DNA of 64,000 nucleotides from an uncultured Phycisphaeraceae bacterium (GCA_964615765.1 CAZTQN010000004.1:44291-108290), one strand, 5' to 3'. Counted from the stretch's first letter, positions 18,832 to 26,938 are shown. Numbers and translations: made by a program. The notes: generated by a model not told the origin, from the letters alone.

Positions 18832-20514
18832 ATGCGCATGGGAAGACTGTTGCGAGCGGGTGTGGCGGCGGCGTGTATGTTCGGGGCGGTCGCCCCGGTC
18901 ATGGCGCAGACCACCTACACCATGACGGGAACCGCCGGGTTCATGCAGGACCTGGACGCCAACGACGGGTTCGTCTATCAGACGGAGTTCGGCGCGGGCC
19001 AGACATGGACGGCGGAGGTCGTGCTGCCGGCGCAGGCGTCGCTGCTGTTCGCCGCTAACACGCAGAGCCAGGGGGGCTCGCGCACGGACTACATCCCGAT
19101 CTCGCTGACGAACCTGACGATCACGCGGGCGGGCGGCCCGCCGATCGTGCTGGCGACGTCCGCCGCCCCGCTCACAGGGACGCTCCGCTTCTGGCACCGC
19201 GCCAGCGCTGGCCAGCACTTCGCGGAGTTCCTGTTCACCATCGGCGTCTCTCCGACGCGGACGACGATCACCTTCTCGCTCAACGCGCAGATCAACGACG
19301 ACGCGGCGTACGACCTGCTGTTCGTGCAAGGCACGCCCAGCGCCAACACGCCCGACGCCAACTACTTCCCCGCGTTCAACACGGCCGGTCTGCGCGACGG
19401 GCAGTACCGCACGACCTCCCTCGCGATCGACGCGTTCGTGCCGGTCTTCCCGGGTCGCGGGCGGTACAACGGCAACATGGAGACCTTCGTCAACGCGGCT
19501 GACCCGAACCCCACGCCGGGCGCCTGCTGCTTCCCCAACGGCACGTGCCGCCTGAGCAACGCCGACGGGTGCAACACCGCGGCCGGGTTCACTTGGTTCA
19601 GCGGGCAGACGTGCAGCCCGTCGCCGTGCCCCCCGCCGACGGGTCGGTGCTGCGGCCTCGCGGCCGGGTGCACGATCACCCCGCAGGCAAACTGCGACCC
19701 GGACATCGGCCAGTGGACCTTCGGGGCAACGTGCTCGCCGAACGCCTGCCCGGTGCTCGGGGCGTGCTGCCAGTTCGACGGGACGTGCCTGCTGATCACC
19801 GAGGTGGACTGCGGCGGCGACCCGTGGGACGCCGGCGCGACGTGCGCGCCCAACAACTGCCCCGCGCCGACGGGCGCCTGCTGCGACTCCGCCCAGGCGT
19901 GCACGATCGTCTCGCTGAGCGCGTGCGGCACGCTCGGCGGCACGTACCTCGGCGACAACGTCACCTGCGGCCCGACCACCTGCACTCCTGGCGCCTGCTG
20001 CGACCCGACGACGCTTGACTGCACGAGCCTGACGGAGCAGGAGTGCTTCGACAACGGGCTGGAGTTCCGCGGCGCGGGCGTCGCGTGCACGCCCGACCCG
20101 TGCTCGAACACGCCGCAGCCCGTTACCGTCACCCGCGCCGGCGCGGGCGACGGGACCGTCACCAGCAACCCCGCCGGCATCACCTGCGGCTCGGTGTGCA
20201 CGTTCAACTTCCCGGGCGCGAGCGTGGTCGTGCTGACGGCGACGCCGACCGCCACGTCCGCGTTCGCGGGCTGGAGCGGCGACTGCTCCGGCACCGGCGA
20301 CTGCACGCTGACGATGACCGCGGCCCGTAGCGTGACCGCGACGTTCACCTGCCGCGCTGACTTCAACAACGCCGGCGGGCTCACGGTTCAGGACATCTTC
20401 GACTTCCTCGCCGCCTACTTCGCGGGCCTGCCCGCGGCGGACTTCAACGGCGCCGGCGGGCTGACGGTGCAGGACATCTTCGACTATCTGGCCGCCTACT
20501 TCGCGGGGTGCTGA
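18832..20514 (+). CDS. Secreted protein: N-terminal domain, five six-Cys repeats, InlB-B-repeat-like domain, two dockerin-like repeats ending ...YFAGC
   Basis: GGAGAAGG lies upstream of ATG 18832. The signal peptide is MRMGRLLRAGVAAACMFGAVAPVMAQ. The Cys-rich tandem repeats span 19519-20103. VTVTRAGAGDGTVTSNPAGITCGSVCTFNFPGASVVVLTATPTATSAFAGWSGDCSGTGDCTLTM matches the divergent InlB B-repeat pattern. The C-terminus is CRADFNNAGGLTVQDIFDFLAAYFAGLPAADFNGAGGLTVQDIFDYLAAYFAGC then stop. Confidence 0.8.
   Translation: MRMGRLLRAGVAAACMFGAVAPVMAQTTYTMTGTAGFMQDLDANDGFVYQTEFGAGQTWTAEVVLPAQASLLFAANTQSQGGSRTDYIPISLTNLTITRAGGPPIVLATSAAPLTGTLRFWHRASAGQHFAEFLFTIGVSPTRTTITFSLNAQINDDAAYDLLFVQGTPSANTPDANYFPAFNTAGLRDGQYRTTSLAIDAFVPVFPGRGRYNGNMETFVNAADPNPTPGACCFPNGTCRLSNADGCNTAAGFTWFSGQTCSPSPCPPPTGRCCGLAAGCTITPQANCDPDIGQWTFGATCSPNACPVLGACCQFDGTCLLITEVDCGGDPWDAGATCAPNNCPAPTGACCDSAQACTIVSLSACGTLGGTYLGDNVTCGPTTCTPGACCDPTTLDCTSLTEQECFDNGLEFRGAGVACTPDPCSNTPQPVTVTRAGAGDGTVTSNPAGITCGSVCTFNFPGASVVVLTATPTATSAFAGWSGDCSGTGDCTLTMTAARSVTATFTCRADFNNAGGLTVQDIFDFLAAYFAGLPAADFNGAGGLTVQDIFDYLAAYFAGC
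19519..20103 (+). repeat. Five tandem 38-41 aa six-cysteine repeats (G-x-CC-x5-6-C-x7-C-x11-14-C-x4-C)
   Basis: The five units are GACCFPNGTCRLSNADGCNTAAGFTWFSGQTCSPSPC, GRCCGLAAGCTITPQANCDPDIGQWTFGATCSPNAC, GACCQFDGTCLLITEVDCGGDPWDAGATCAPNNC, GACCDSAQACTIVSLSACGTLGGTYLGDNVTCGPTTC and GACCDPTTLDCTSLTEQECFDNGLEFRGAGVACTPDPC. Confidence 0.85.
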
Positions 20515-20582
20515 GCGCGGGGGCACCAGGGACCGGGCACCGGGCACCAGGGTTGTGCTCGGAGACTGTGACGAAGATCGAC

Positions 20583-20618
20583 GACCCCGTCCGGAGATTC
20601 CGGGCGGGGTCTTTGTTT
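20583..20618 (+). terminator. Intrinsic terminator after the 18832..20514 gene
   Basis: The stem is gaccccgtccgg (20583-20594) with ccgggcggggtc (20600-20611), 12 bp with one G-U pair and a 5-nt loop. It is followed by tttgttt. Confidence 0.75.
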
Positions 20619-20638
20619 GGGGCGTGCGTGCGTCGTGT

Positions 20639-21181
20639 TCAGTCGCGGACGAACGTGCGCCGGTCGCGGTCTTTGCGCACGCCGGGGAATGCCAGCACGC
20701 GCCCGTGGCTGGCGCAGTAGACGCCCGGGGGCAGAATGCCCGCGGCGAAGATGGCTTCCGTCAGGTTCTGCAGCGCGTCGGAGCGCACCATCTCGAACGG
20801 GCGCATCGCGCCCGTGAGCACGACCGGGACGCACAGCCGCGGCGGGGGCATGTCGCGCAGGATCCGCTCGCCCGTCACCGTCAGCGTGTCCGTGCCGTGC
20901 AGGATGACCACCCCGCGGGACAGCGGGCCGGCGGACGTTGGGGGCAGTTGCCGGTCGGCCCCGCACGCGTCGAGGGCCTTGACGATCGCGTCGCGGTCGT
21001 CGTCGGTCATGTGCAGGCTGTCCTTGCTCATGAGCTCGATGACGGAGACCTGCGTGTCCTCGAGGCGCAGCCGCTTGAGCATCCGCCGAACGACGGTGCG
21101 GCGGTTGGAGAGCTCGCCCGTCTGCTCGTCGTAGGTCTTCTCGATGGTGCCGCCGGTGGTGATCAGCGTGATGTGACGCAT
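20639..21181 (-). CDS. Short asparaginase/glutaminase-family protein (N-terminal domain only)
   Basis: From ATG 21181 the protein reads MRHITLITTGGTIEKTY (TGGTI catalytic Thr motif) and VVILHGTDTL (HGTDT motif). It is only 180 aa and lacks the C-terminal domain of type I/II asparaginases. Confidence 0.7.
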   Translation of the reverse strand: MRHITLITTGGTIEKTYDEQTGELSNRRTVVRRMLKRLRLEDTQVSVIELMSKDSLHMTDDDRDAIVKALDACGADRQLPPTSAGPLSRGVVILHGTDTLTVTGERILRDMPPPRLCVPVVLTGAMRPFEMVRSDALQNLTEAIFAAGILPPGVYCASHGRVLAFPGVRKDRDRRTFVRD

Positions 21182-21260
21182 CGCGGAGATGATACGACAA
21201 CGCCCGGGCGGTTCACCGGCCCGGGCGTTGAACTTCGAGCGGAAAAAGGCTGAGAAAAAC

Positions 21261-21869
21261 TCAGAGCGTGATGCCGAACTGCTGCGCGGTGGACTTGATG
21301 CCGTCGAGCAGCTTGGTGCCCTGGGTCTTGAGCTCACCGAGCTTCTTGGACAGGCCGTCGCCGGAGAGGTCCTTGAAGCCGGCGCTGACGGAGTCCGACA
21401 GCGACTTGAACTGGGTGTTGAGGCCGGCCAGCTCGGTGTCGAAGGCGGGCTTCTTGTCGGCGACGACGGTCTTGCCGCCGTCGGTCAGCTTCTGAAGCTG
21501 GCCCTTGGCGGTGTCGACCATGCCGTTGAGTTCGGTCTTGAGCGCGTCAGACGCGCTGGTCGCGAGCTGGTTGGCCTTGTCGCCCGCGGCCTTGGCGGCG
21601 TCGTTCACCGCGGCCCCGGCCTTGTCGGTCGCCGTCTTCGCAGCGTCGCCCGCCTTGTCCGCCGCCGCCTTGGCGGTGTCGGTCACGGTCTTGCCGGCGT
21701 CCTTGACGGCCGCGCCGGCCTTGTCCGCCGCGCCCTTAGCGGCGTCAACCAGCCCGCCCGCGGGGTTGTTCCCACCCGCCGCCGGAGCCGGTTTTTCTTC
21801 GCAGCCCACCACCCCGACGCTCAGCCCGACCACCGCGGCGAGCGCCATACCGGTCACACGATTCATCAT
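21261..21869 (-). CDS. Lipoprotein with Ala/Lys/Asp-rich amphipathic repeats (LEA/apolipoprotein-like)
   Basis: AGAGGTG lies upstream of ATGATG (21869). MMNRVTGMALAAVVGLSVGVVGC carries a lipobox. The repeats are DKAGAAVKDAGKTVTDTAKAAADKAGDAAKTATDKAGAAVNDAAKAAGDKA. Confidence 0.75.
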   Translation of the reverse strand: MMNRVTGMALAAVVGLSVGVVGCEEKPAPAAGGNNPAGGLVDAAKGAADKAGAAVKDAGKTVTDTAKAAADKAGDAAKTATDKAGAAVNDAAKAAGDKANQLATSASDALKTELNGMVDTAKGQLQKLTDGGKTVVADKKPAFDTELAGLNTQFKSLSDSVSAGFKDLSGDGLSKKLGELKTQGTKLLDGIKSTAQQFGITL

Positions 21870-22029
21870 CGAAAGCACCTCTTGAACCGGTCCGGGGTTC
21901 GCGGGGCCAAAGGCCGTGCACCAGCACGGCGGCCCGCGGTCCAAACGCGGTCTCCTGTGAGTCCCCATGCTACCACCGGGTAAGCCTTGGGTCACCGGGT
22001 CTTCACCTGCTCGGGTGCCCCCAAACGGG

Positions 22030-22737
22030 TCACGGACTCGGCGGTCCATCCGCGACAGACGCGGCCCATGCCCGCAGAACGCGGAGTTCCTCGCCCGGGA
22101 GGCGGTGCTTGTGCGGGTGCTGGTTGGACGTCGCGGCCTCAAGCGGGGCGAGCAGGTCCGCCGCGGCGTTAGCGGCGATGCCGGCCGTGACGTCGGCCCG
22201 GACGCCGGCGTCGGGGCTCTCGGCCCCGTGACAGCGCGCACACCGGAGCGCCAGCACGCGATCCGCGGCGAACGCGACCCCCGCGAGAGTTGCGCCGGGT
22301 GTGTCGGACGGTGCGAGCCCGCCCGCCGACGGGGCCGCGGCGTGACGCGGTGATGAGCGGTCGCGCACGCTCATGCTCGCTGCGATGATGATGCCCACCA
22401 CCGGCACCGCCGGCACGGCGAGCGCCACGGTGTGGGCGAGCGCACGCAGGCCTTGCTCACGCCGCGCGGGCAGATCCGGCCAGCGCGTCCGCTTCCACAG
22501 AGCCGTCACCAGCCAGCGCCAGTGCAGCGCCACATGCACGACGATCGCGGCCACCAGCCCGGCGCTGATGATCGCGTGCGCCCGGCCGATGTCGTGCCGC
22601 GACAGGCCCCACAGCACGCTGGTGCGGTTGCTCCCGGGCGGCAGGGCGAACTGGATGATGGCGCCCGTGGCGACCAAGGCCGCGAGCAGTGCGCCCGCGA
22701 GCAGATCCACTACAAGGATCGCCGCGCCGCGTGTCAT
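22030..22737 (-). CDS. Membrane protein: DUF4405-like helical N-terminus fused to a PSCyt1-like CxxCH (c-type haem) module
   Basis: The start is ATG 22737. There are three predicted TM helices with conserved His (HAIISAGLVAAIVVHVALHWRW). The C-terminal part, RVLALRCARCHG...LPGEELRVLRAWAA, resembles the planctomycete cytochrome C domain. Confidence 0.65.
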   Translation of the reverse strand: MTRGAAILVVDLLAGALLAALVATGAIIQFALPPGSNRTSVLWGLSRHDIGRAHAIISAGLVAAIVVHVALHWRWLVTALWKRTRWPDLPARREQGLRALAHTVALAVPAVPVVGIIIAASMSVRDRSSPRHAAAPSAGGLAPSDTPGATLAGVAFAADRVLALRCARCHGAESPDAGVRADVTAGIAANAAADLLAPLEAATSNQHPHKHRLPGEELRVLRAWAASVADGPPSP

Positions 22738-22820
22738 GGGCTGGTATCCGCCCGAAACATGACATCGTACGCGGACGCCCGGCGGGCCAAACCGGAGAGT
22801 GCCCGGGCGCTCGGTGCGGA

Positions 22821-23633
22821 TCAGGCCCGGGCGACGGTGCGCTGCTCGATGCGCTTGGTCGGCACGGTCTTGATGATGCGGTCGATGAACGAGCCGGGGG
22901 TGTGCACGTCGTCGCCGTCGATCGCGCCGAGGTCGACGACGTCTTCGACTTCCGCGATCACGAACGCCGCGGCGGTCGCCATCATCGGGTTGAAGTTGCG
23001 GGCCGTCTTGCGATACACGAGGTTCCCGAACGGGTCGGCCGTGTGCGCCTTCACGAGGGCCAAGTCGGCGTACAGGCCGGTTTCCAGCACGTACTCACGC
23101 GGCGTGCCGCCCTGAGCGGCGGGCTTCGCGGCGCTGGTGGCCGGTCGGCCGGCGAAGCCGCGCCCGGGGATCGTCGCCCCGCCGATGCCCTGCGACGGGC
23201 GGAAGAACGCGCGCGACTCTTTCCCTTCCGCGACGAGCGTGCCGGCACCGGTCGCGGTGTAGAACGCCGGGATGCCCGCGCCGCCGGCGCGGATGCGCTC
23301 GGCGAGCGTGCCCTGCGGGTTGAACTCGACCTCCAGATCGCCGAAGAGGAACTGCTTCTCGAAAGTCGCGTTCTCGCCGACGTACGAGGAGATCATCTTG
23401 CGGATCTGGCGCGTCTGCAGCAGCAGGCCCAGGCCGAAGTCGTCGACGCCGGCGTTGTTGGAGACGCACGTGAGGTCCTTCACGCCCGAATCGCGGAGCG
23501 CGAGGATGAGATGCTCGGGGATCCCGCACAGCCCGAAGCCGCCGACCATGACCGTGATGCCGTCGCGCAGGACGCCCAAATCACGCAGGTCGGCGAAGGC
23601 GGCGGCGGCGGACTGGTAGAGCTTGTTCGGCAT
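22821..23633 (-). CDS. 3-oxoacid CoA-transferase subunit A-like protein (ScoA/AtoD family) with internal insertion
   Basis: From ATG 23633 the protein reads MPNKLYQSAAAAFADLRDLGVLRDGITVMVGGFGLCGIPE...SNNAGVDDFGLG...VEFNPQGTLAERIRAGGAGIPAFYT...RKTARNFNPMMA...IAEVE. A roughly 30-aa Gly/Pro/Ala-rich insert (FFRPSQGIGGATIPGRGFAGRPATSAAKPAAQGG) replaces the short loop of canonical subunit A. No subunit B gene is adjacent. Confidence 0.75.
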   Translation of the reverse strand: MPNKLYQSAAAAFADLRDLGVLRDGITVMVGGFGLCGIPEHLILALRDSGVKDLTCVSNNAGVDDFGLGLLLQTRQIRKMISSYVGENATFEKQFLFGDLEVEFNPQGTLAERIRAGGAGIPAFYTATGAGTLVAEGKESRAFFRPSQGIGGATIPGRGFAGRPATSAAKPAAQGGTPREYVLETGLYADLALVKAHTADPFGNLVYRKTARNFNPMMATAAAFVIAEVEDVVDLGAIDGDDVHTPGSFIDRIIKTVPTKRIEQRTVARA

Positions 23634-23655
23634 GATGCGCGAGGGTACGCACCGG

Positions 23656-24309
23656 CTAGCCCCAACGCACGTCGGCGATCCGCGTGTACACCTGGTCGGC
23701 CTGGTGCAGACGCTCGGGCGGCACGGTGTGGGCCACGCCGATGACGAACAGCCCGGCGGCCTTGCCCGCCGCGATCCCCGTGGGCGTGTCTTCGATCGCG
23801 ATGGTCCGGCGCGGATCAAGCCCGAGGGCCGCGGCGGCTTTGCGGTACCCCTCCGGGTCCGGCTTGCTCTGCGCGACATCGTCCGCCGTCACGATCACGC
23901 CCAGCAGCCCGTGCACCCCGATGACCTTCAGCATCGGCTCCACCGTCGAGCGGACCGAGCCGGAACACACGCCCACGGGCCCGCGCGCCGCGGCGGCGCG
24001 GACGCACTCCACCGCGCCCGGCTGCACGCTGAAGCGCCCTTCGACGATGCCGCGTTCCATCAATGCCCACTTGACGCGGAGCAGCGCGCCGATCTCGTCC
24101 TCGCTGATCGTCGATCCGTTCCAGCGGGCGATGTTGACGTACGCCGATTCGTCGCCCTTGCCGACGATGTGCTCGACGAACTGCTGCTTGGAGAAGGTCC
24201 ACCCGCGGTCTTTGACGGACTCAGCGATGGCCCACTCGTGCATGGGCTCGCTGTCGACCAGGACGCCGTCGAAATCGAAGATGACGCCGTCCGGTCGCAT
24301 TCGGTGCAC
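23656..24309 (-). CDS. HAD-superfamily hydrolase (beta-phosphoglucomutase/phosphatase-like, subfamily IA)
   Basis: Motifs are VIFDFDGVLVDSE (DxDG motif I), VCSGS (motif II), and SKPDPEGY plus IAIEDTPTGIAAGKAAG (motifs III/IV). The start is GTG 24309 or ATG 24300. Confidence 0.8.
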   Translation of the reverse strand: MHRMRPDGVIFDFDGVLVDSEPMHEWAIAESVKDRGWTFSKQQFVEHIVGKGDESAYVNIARWNGSTISEDEIGALLRVKWALMERGIVEGRFSVQPGAVECVRAAAARGPVGVCSGSVRSTVEPMLKVIGVHGLLGVIVTADDVAQSKPDPEGYRKAAAALGLDPRRTIAIEDTPTGIAAGKAAGLFVIGVAHTVPPERLHQADQVYTRIADVRWG

Positions 24310-24330
24310 GCCCCGTGAGTGGTGAACAGA

Positions 24331-24870
24331 TCAGGCCGGGACCGAGATCCCGCTGGTGCGCAGCAGGGTTTTGAACCCGTCGCCGAAGACGAAGTTGTGG
24401 GCCGGGAAGGCCTCGCCCGGACGCCCCGCGGCTCCGGCGTTCTGATCGAGGTGGCTGAACATCAGGTCGATGGCGCCGATGGTGCGATACCCGGCGTCGG
24501 CGTGGGCGTGGTCGAAAAGGTCGACCACGCCGCGGGTGCTTGCGCCGGCCGCGTCCATGCGCTCGATGGTCGCGGTGTAGCGGAGCGTCATTCCGGGCCC
24601 GGCGTCGGCGGAGAGTTCGGCCTTGTTGATCTTCGCGAGGATGACCTTCTCGCGAAAGTCTTCCGCGTGCCCGACCAGAATCCCCGCCGTCTGGGCCATG
24701 CCCTCGAGGATCAGGCTCGCCGGCATGACGGGCAGGGCCGCCAGCCCGCGCGACGCGTCGGCGGGGAAGTGGTCGTGCAGATGCTCCTCGGCGAGCGAGA
24801 CGTTCTTGATCGCCACCAGCCGCTGACGCGGCACAAGCTCGACGACCCGGTCGATCCACATCCAGCGCAT
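24331..24870 (-). CDS. FabZ/FabA-like hot-dog fold dehydratase (long variant, 179 aa)
   Basis: From ATG 24870 the protein reads MRWMWIDRVVELVPRQRLVAIKNVSLAEEHLHDHFP...PVMPASLILEGMAQTAGIL. It has the catalytic His in the HFP context plus an extra C-terminal segment. Confidence 0.7.
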   Translation of the reverse strand: MRWMWIDRVVELVPRQRLVAIKNVSLAEEHLHDHFPADASRGLAALPVMPASLILEGMAQTAGILVGHAEDFREKVILAKINKAELSADAGPGMTLRYTATIERMDAAGASTRGVVDLFDHAHADAGYRTIGAIDLMFSHLDQNAGAAGRPGEAFPAHNFVFGDGFKTLLRTSGISVPA

Positions 24871-24913
24871 ACAGGCCCGTGGGTTGAGGTCCCGCGCTCG
24901 GCGGGCCCGAGGC

Positions 24914-25300
24914 TTACTTGGCGGCGAGCTTCTTCTCGACGAACGTCACCAGCGTGTCGACCGTGAAGATGTTCTTCACCTTCGCGACCGACGGGTCCTT
25001 CTCGAGGGCCGCGAAGTCCACGTGCGGCAGGCGGGCCTTCATCGCCGCGATCCCTTCCGGCGTGACCTTGCCGTCCTTGACGTACTTCGGGTCGTTCGCG
25101 GCCCCTTCGGCGAACAGCTCGCCCTGCCCGATCTTGATCCCGAACGCCTGTTCGAGCTTGAACACGATGTCCAGGAAGTCGATCGACTCGGCGCCCAGGT
25201 CGCCGACGAGCGTCGCCGTGGGCGTCACGTCGTCCTCGTCCGCCGCCAGGGCGTCCACCAGCACGTCTCGAACTTTCGCGAAGATTTGGTCACGGGTCAT
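24914..25300 (-). CDS. Acyl carrier protein-like protein with ~50-aa insertion (128 aa)
   Basis: From ATG 25300 the protein reads MTRDQIFAKVRDVLVDALAADEDDVTPTATLVGDLGAESIDFLDIVFKLEQAFGIKI (a D-L-G-x-E/D-S-I/L-D phosphopantetheine site). GELFAEGAANDPKYVKDGKVTPEGIAAMKARLPHVDFAALEKDPS is inserted before the last helix (FTVDTLVTFVEKKL). Confidence 0.75.
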   Translation of the reverse strand: MTRDQIFAKVRDVLVDALAADEDDVTPTATLVGDLGAESIDFLDIVFKLEQAFGIKIGQGELFAEGAANDPKYVKDGKVTPEGIAAMKARLPHVDFAALEKDPSVAKVKNIFTVDTLVTFVEKKLAAK

Positions 25301-25349
25301 TGGTCGCGAGTGTATCCCGAACATCACCGCCCATCGCGGCCACGCCCGC

Positions 25350-25724
25350 TCAGCCCTGGAGCGGCTGGTGCAGGGCGACGCAGTTGCCCTCGGAGTCCTC
25401 GAACTCCGCGACAAACCCGACTTCCGGCACGGCCTTGCGTGGGTACAGCACCCGCCCGCCCGCCGCCCGCACCCGGGCCAGGGCCGCATCGATGTCCGGC
25501 GTCCGAAAGTACACCCGCGTCCCGGCCCGCCCGGGGGTGTACGACTCGCCCGCCGCCAGCGCCCCGGTAATGCCCGGCTGATCCGGCGCGTATGGGAACA
25601 GCGCCATCGGGTGCCCGTCGATCAGCGTCCGCTCGAGCGTGATGACCAAGACCGCCTCGTAGAACGCCACCGCCCGGTCCAGGTCGGTCACGGGGATCTC
25701 GAAGTAGCCGACGGGGTTGGTCAT
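25350..25724 (-). CDS. VOC (glyoxalase/bleomycin-resistance/dioxygenase) family protein
   Basis: From ATG 25724 the protein reads MTNPVGYFEIPVTDLDRAVAFYEAVL...VYFRTPDIDAALARVRAAGGRVL...GFVAEFEDSEGNCVALH, which is the typical small VOC pattern. Confidence 0.8.
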   Translation of the reverse strand: MTNPVGYFEIPVTDLDRAVAFYEAVLVITLERTLIDGHPMALFPYAPDQPGITGALAAGESYTPGRAGTRVYFRTPDIDAALARVRAAGGRVLYPRKAVPEVGFVAEFEDSEGNCVALHQPLQG

Positions 25725-25748
25725 GGCGTCACCCGCGCTCCGCGGCAA

Positions 25749-26177
25749 TCACAGCCGCACGGGGCGGAGGACGAACTTGCCGGAGACGGCCGTCAGCGGC
25801 TGGGCGTCCACTCCCCCACTGCCCGCGCCGCCGCGCGGGACGACGGTCCCCTCGCCGCGAAACTCGACCGAGCCGTCCTCGCCGCGTTTGGCGAGCGTGA
25901 CATCGACGCGGAGCGTCTCGCCCGGTCGGACAAAAGAGCCGTACTTCAGCGCCCGCACGCCGCCCAGCACCATCCGTGGCGCGGTCGTGCCGGCGTGCTT
26001 GCGCTCCAGCAAAAGCCGACCGGCCTGCACCAGCGACTCGATCATCATCACGCCCGGCAGCACGGGGAAGCCGGGGAAGTGGTCCTGCAGATACTCCTCG
26101 GCCGCCGACACCTGCTTCACGGTGACAATGCGGTCATCACTCATCTCCACAACGGCGTCGACCAGGCAGAAGTGCAT
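25749..26177 (-). CDS. FabZ-like 3-hydroxyacyl-ACP dehydratase (hot-dog fold, 142 aa)
   Basis: From ATG 26177 the protein reads MHFCLVDAVVEM...VSAAEEYLQDHFPGFPVLPGVMMIESLVQAG...VRALKYGSFVRPGETL. It has the HFPG-x-P-V-x-PGV active-site motif. It lacks the N-terminal ~15 aa of housekeeping FabZ. Confidence 0.75.
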   Translation of the reverse strand: MHFCLVDAVVEMSDDRIVTVKQVSAAEEYLQDHFPGFPVLPGVMMIESLVQAGRLLLERKHAGTTAPRMVLGGVRALKYGSFVRPGETLRVDVTLAKRGEDGSVEFRGEGTVVPRGGAGSGGVDAQPLTAVSGKFVLRPVRL

Positions 26178-26203
26178 CGGCGCGAGCGTAGTACGCTTGC
26201 CCG

Positions 26204-26938
26204 GTGGGCGTCGAGTTCACACCAGCGCTGTGCATCCGCCAATGGGACTGGTCCGAGACCAGCCAGACCGTCGCGCTGTTCACGCGCACGCACGGCCTGG
26301 TCCGCGCGCTCGCCAAGGGGAGCAAGCGCCCCGGGGCCGCATATTCCGGCGGCGTCGAACTGCTCACCGAAGCGACCGCCGGCCTGATCTTCCGCGCCGG
26401 GTCCGAGCTCGCCCTGCTCACCGAGTGGGACCTGCGCCGAACCTTCCCCGCGCTCCGCACCAGCCTGGCGGCCCACCACGCGGCCATCTACGTCGCCGAC
26501 CTGCTCAGCCGCATGGTCCGCGAGAACGACCCGCACCCGGAGCTGTACGACACCTCGGCCCGCGCGCTCGCGATGCTCGGGTCCGGCGGCGGCCCCCCGG
26601 CCGTCGCAGCCGCCCTGCTCCGTTTCCAGTGGGACCTGCTGGAACACACCGGCTTCCGCCCCGGCTTGAGTGTGGACGCACGAACGGGTGAGGCCCTCCC
26701 CGCGCAGGGGGCGTGCCGCTTCATGCCCGAACTCGGCGGGTTCACCGTCGGAGAGGATGGCGGCTGGGCCGTGACGTGGCCGACGATCGACGCCCTGCGT
26801 CAGACGGCGGGCGGACACCCGGTGATCGGTCCTGCCGCGGACCGGGCCAGCCGGTTGCTCGCGTCCTATCTCCGCCACGTTCTGGGCGAGGAACCGGCGA
26901 CCCTGTCGCTGGTGTTCCCGCAGCGGCTGTTGCGATAA
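26204..26938 (+). CDS. recO: DNA repair protein RecO
   Basis: From GTG 26204 the protein reads VEFTPALCIRQWDWSETSQTVALFTRTHGLVRALAKGSKRP (OB-fold N-terminus like E. coli RecO ...RPWSETSLMLDVFT..GRVRLVAKGARS), then ALLRFQWDLLEHTGFRPGL. Confidence 0.75.
   Translation: MGVEFTPALCIRQWDWSETSQTVALFTRTHGLVRALAKGSKRPGAAYSGGVELLTEATAGLIFRAGSELALLTEWDLRRTFPALRTSLAAHHAAIYVADLLSRMVRENDPHPELYDTSARALAMLGSGGGPPAVAAALLRFQWDLLEHTGFRPGLSVDARTGEALPAQGACRFMPELGGFTVGEDGGWAVTWPTIDALRQTAGGHPVIGPAADRASRLLASYLRHVLGEEPATLSLVFPQRLLR

Noticed and set aside
20521-20552. Direct repeats GGGCACC(AGG) x3 just after the 18832..20514 stop
   Set aside because: The motif is short, occurs once, and has no second locus or associated gene. 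It is most likely incidental sequence ahead of the terminator at 20583.
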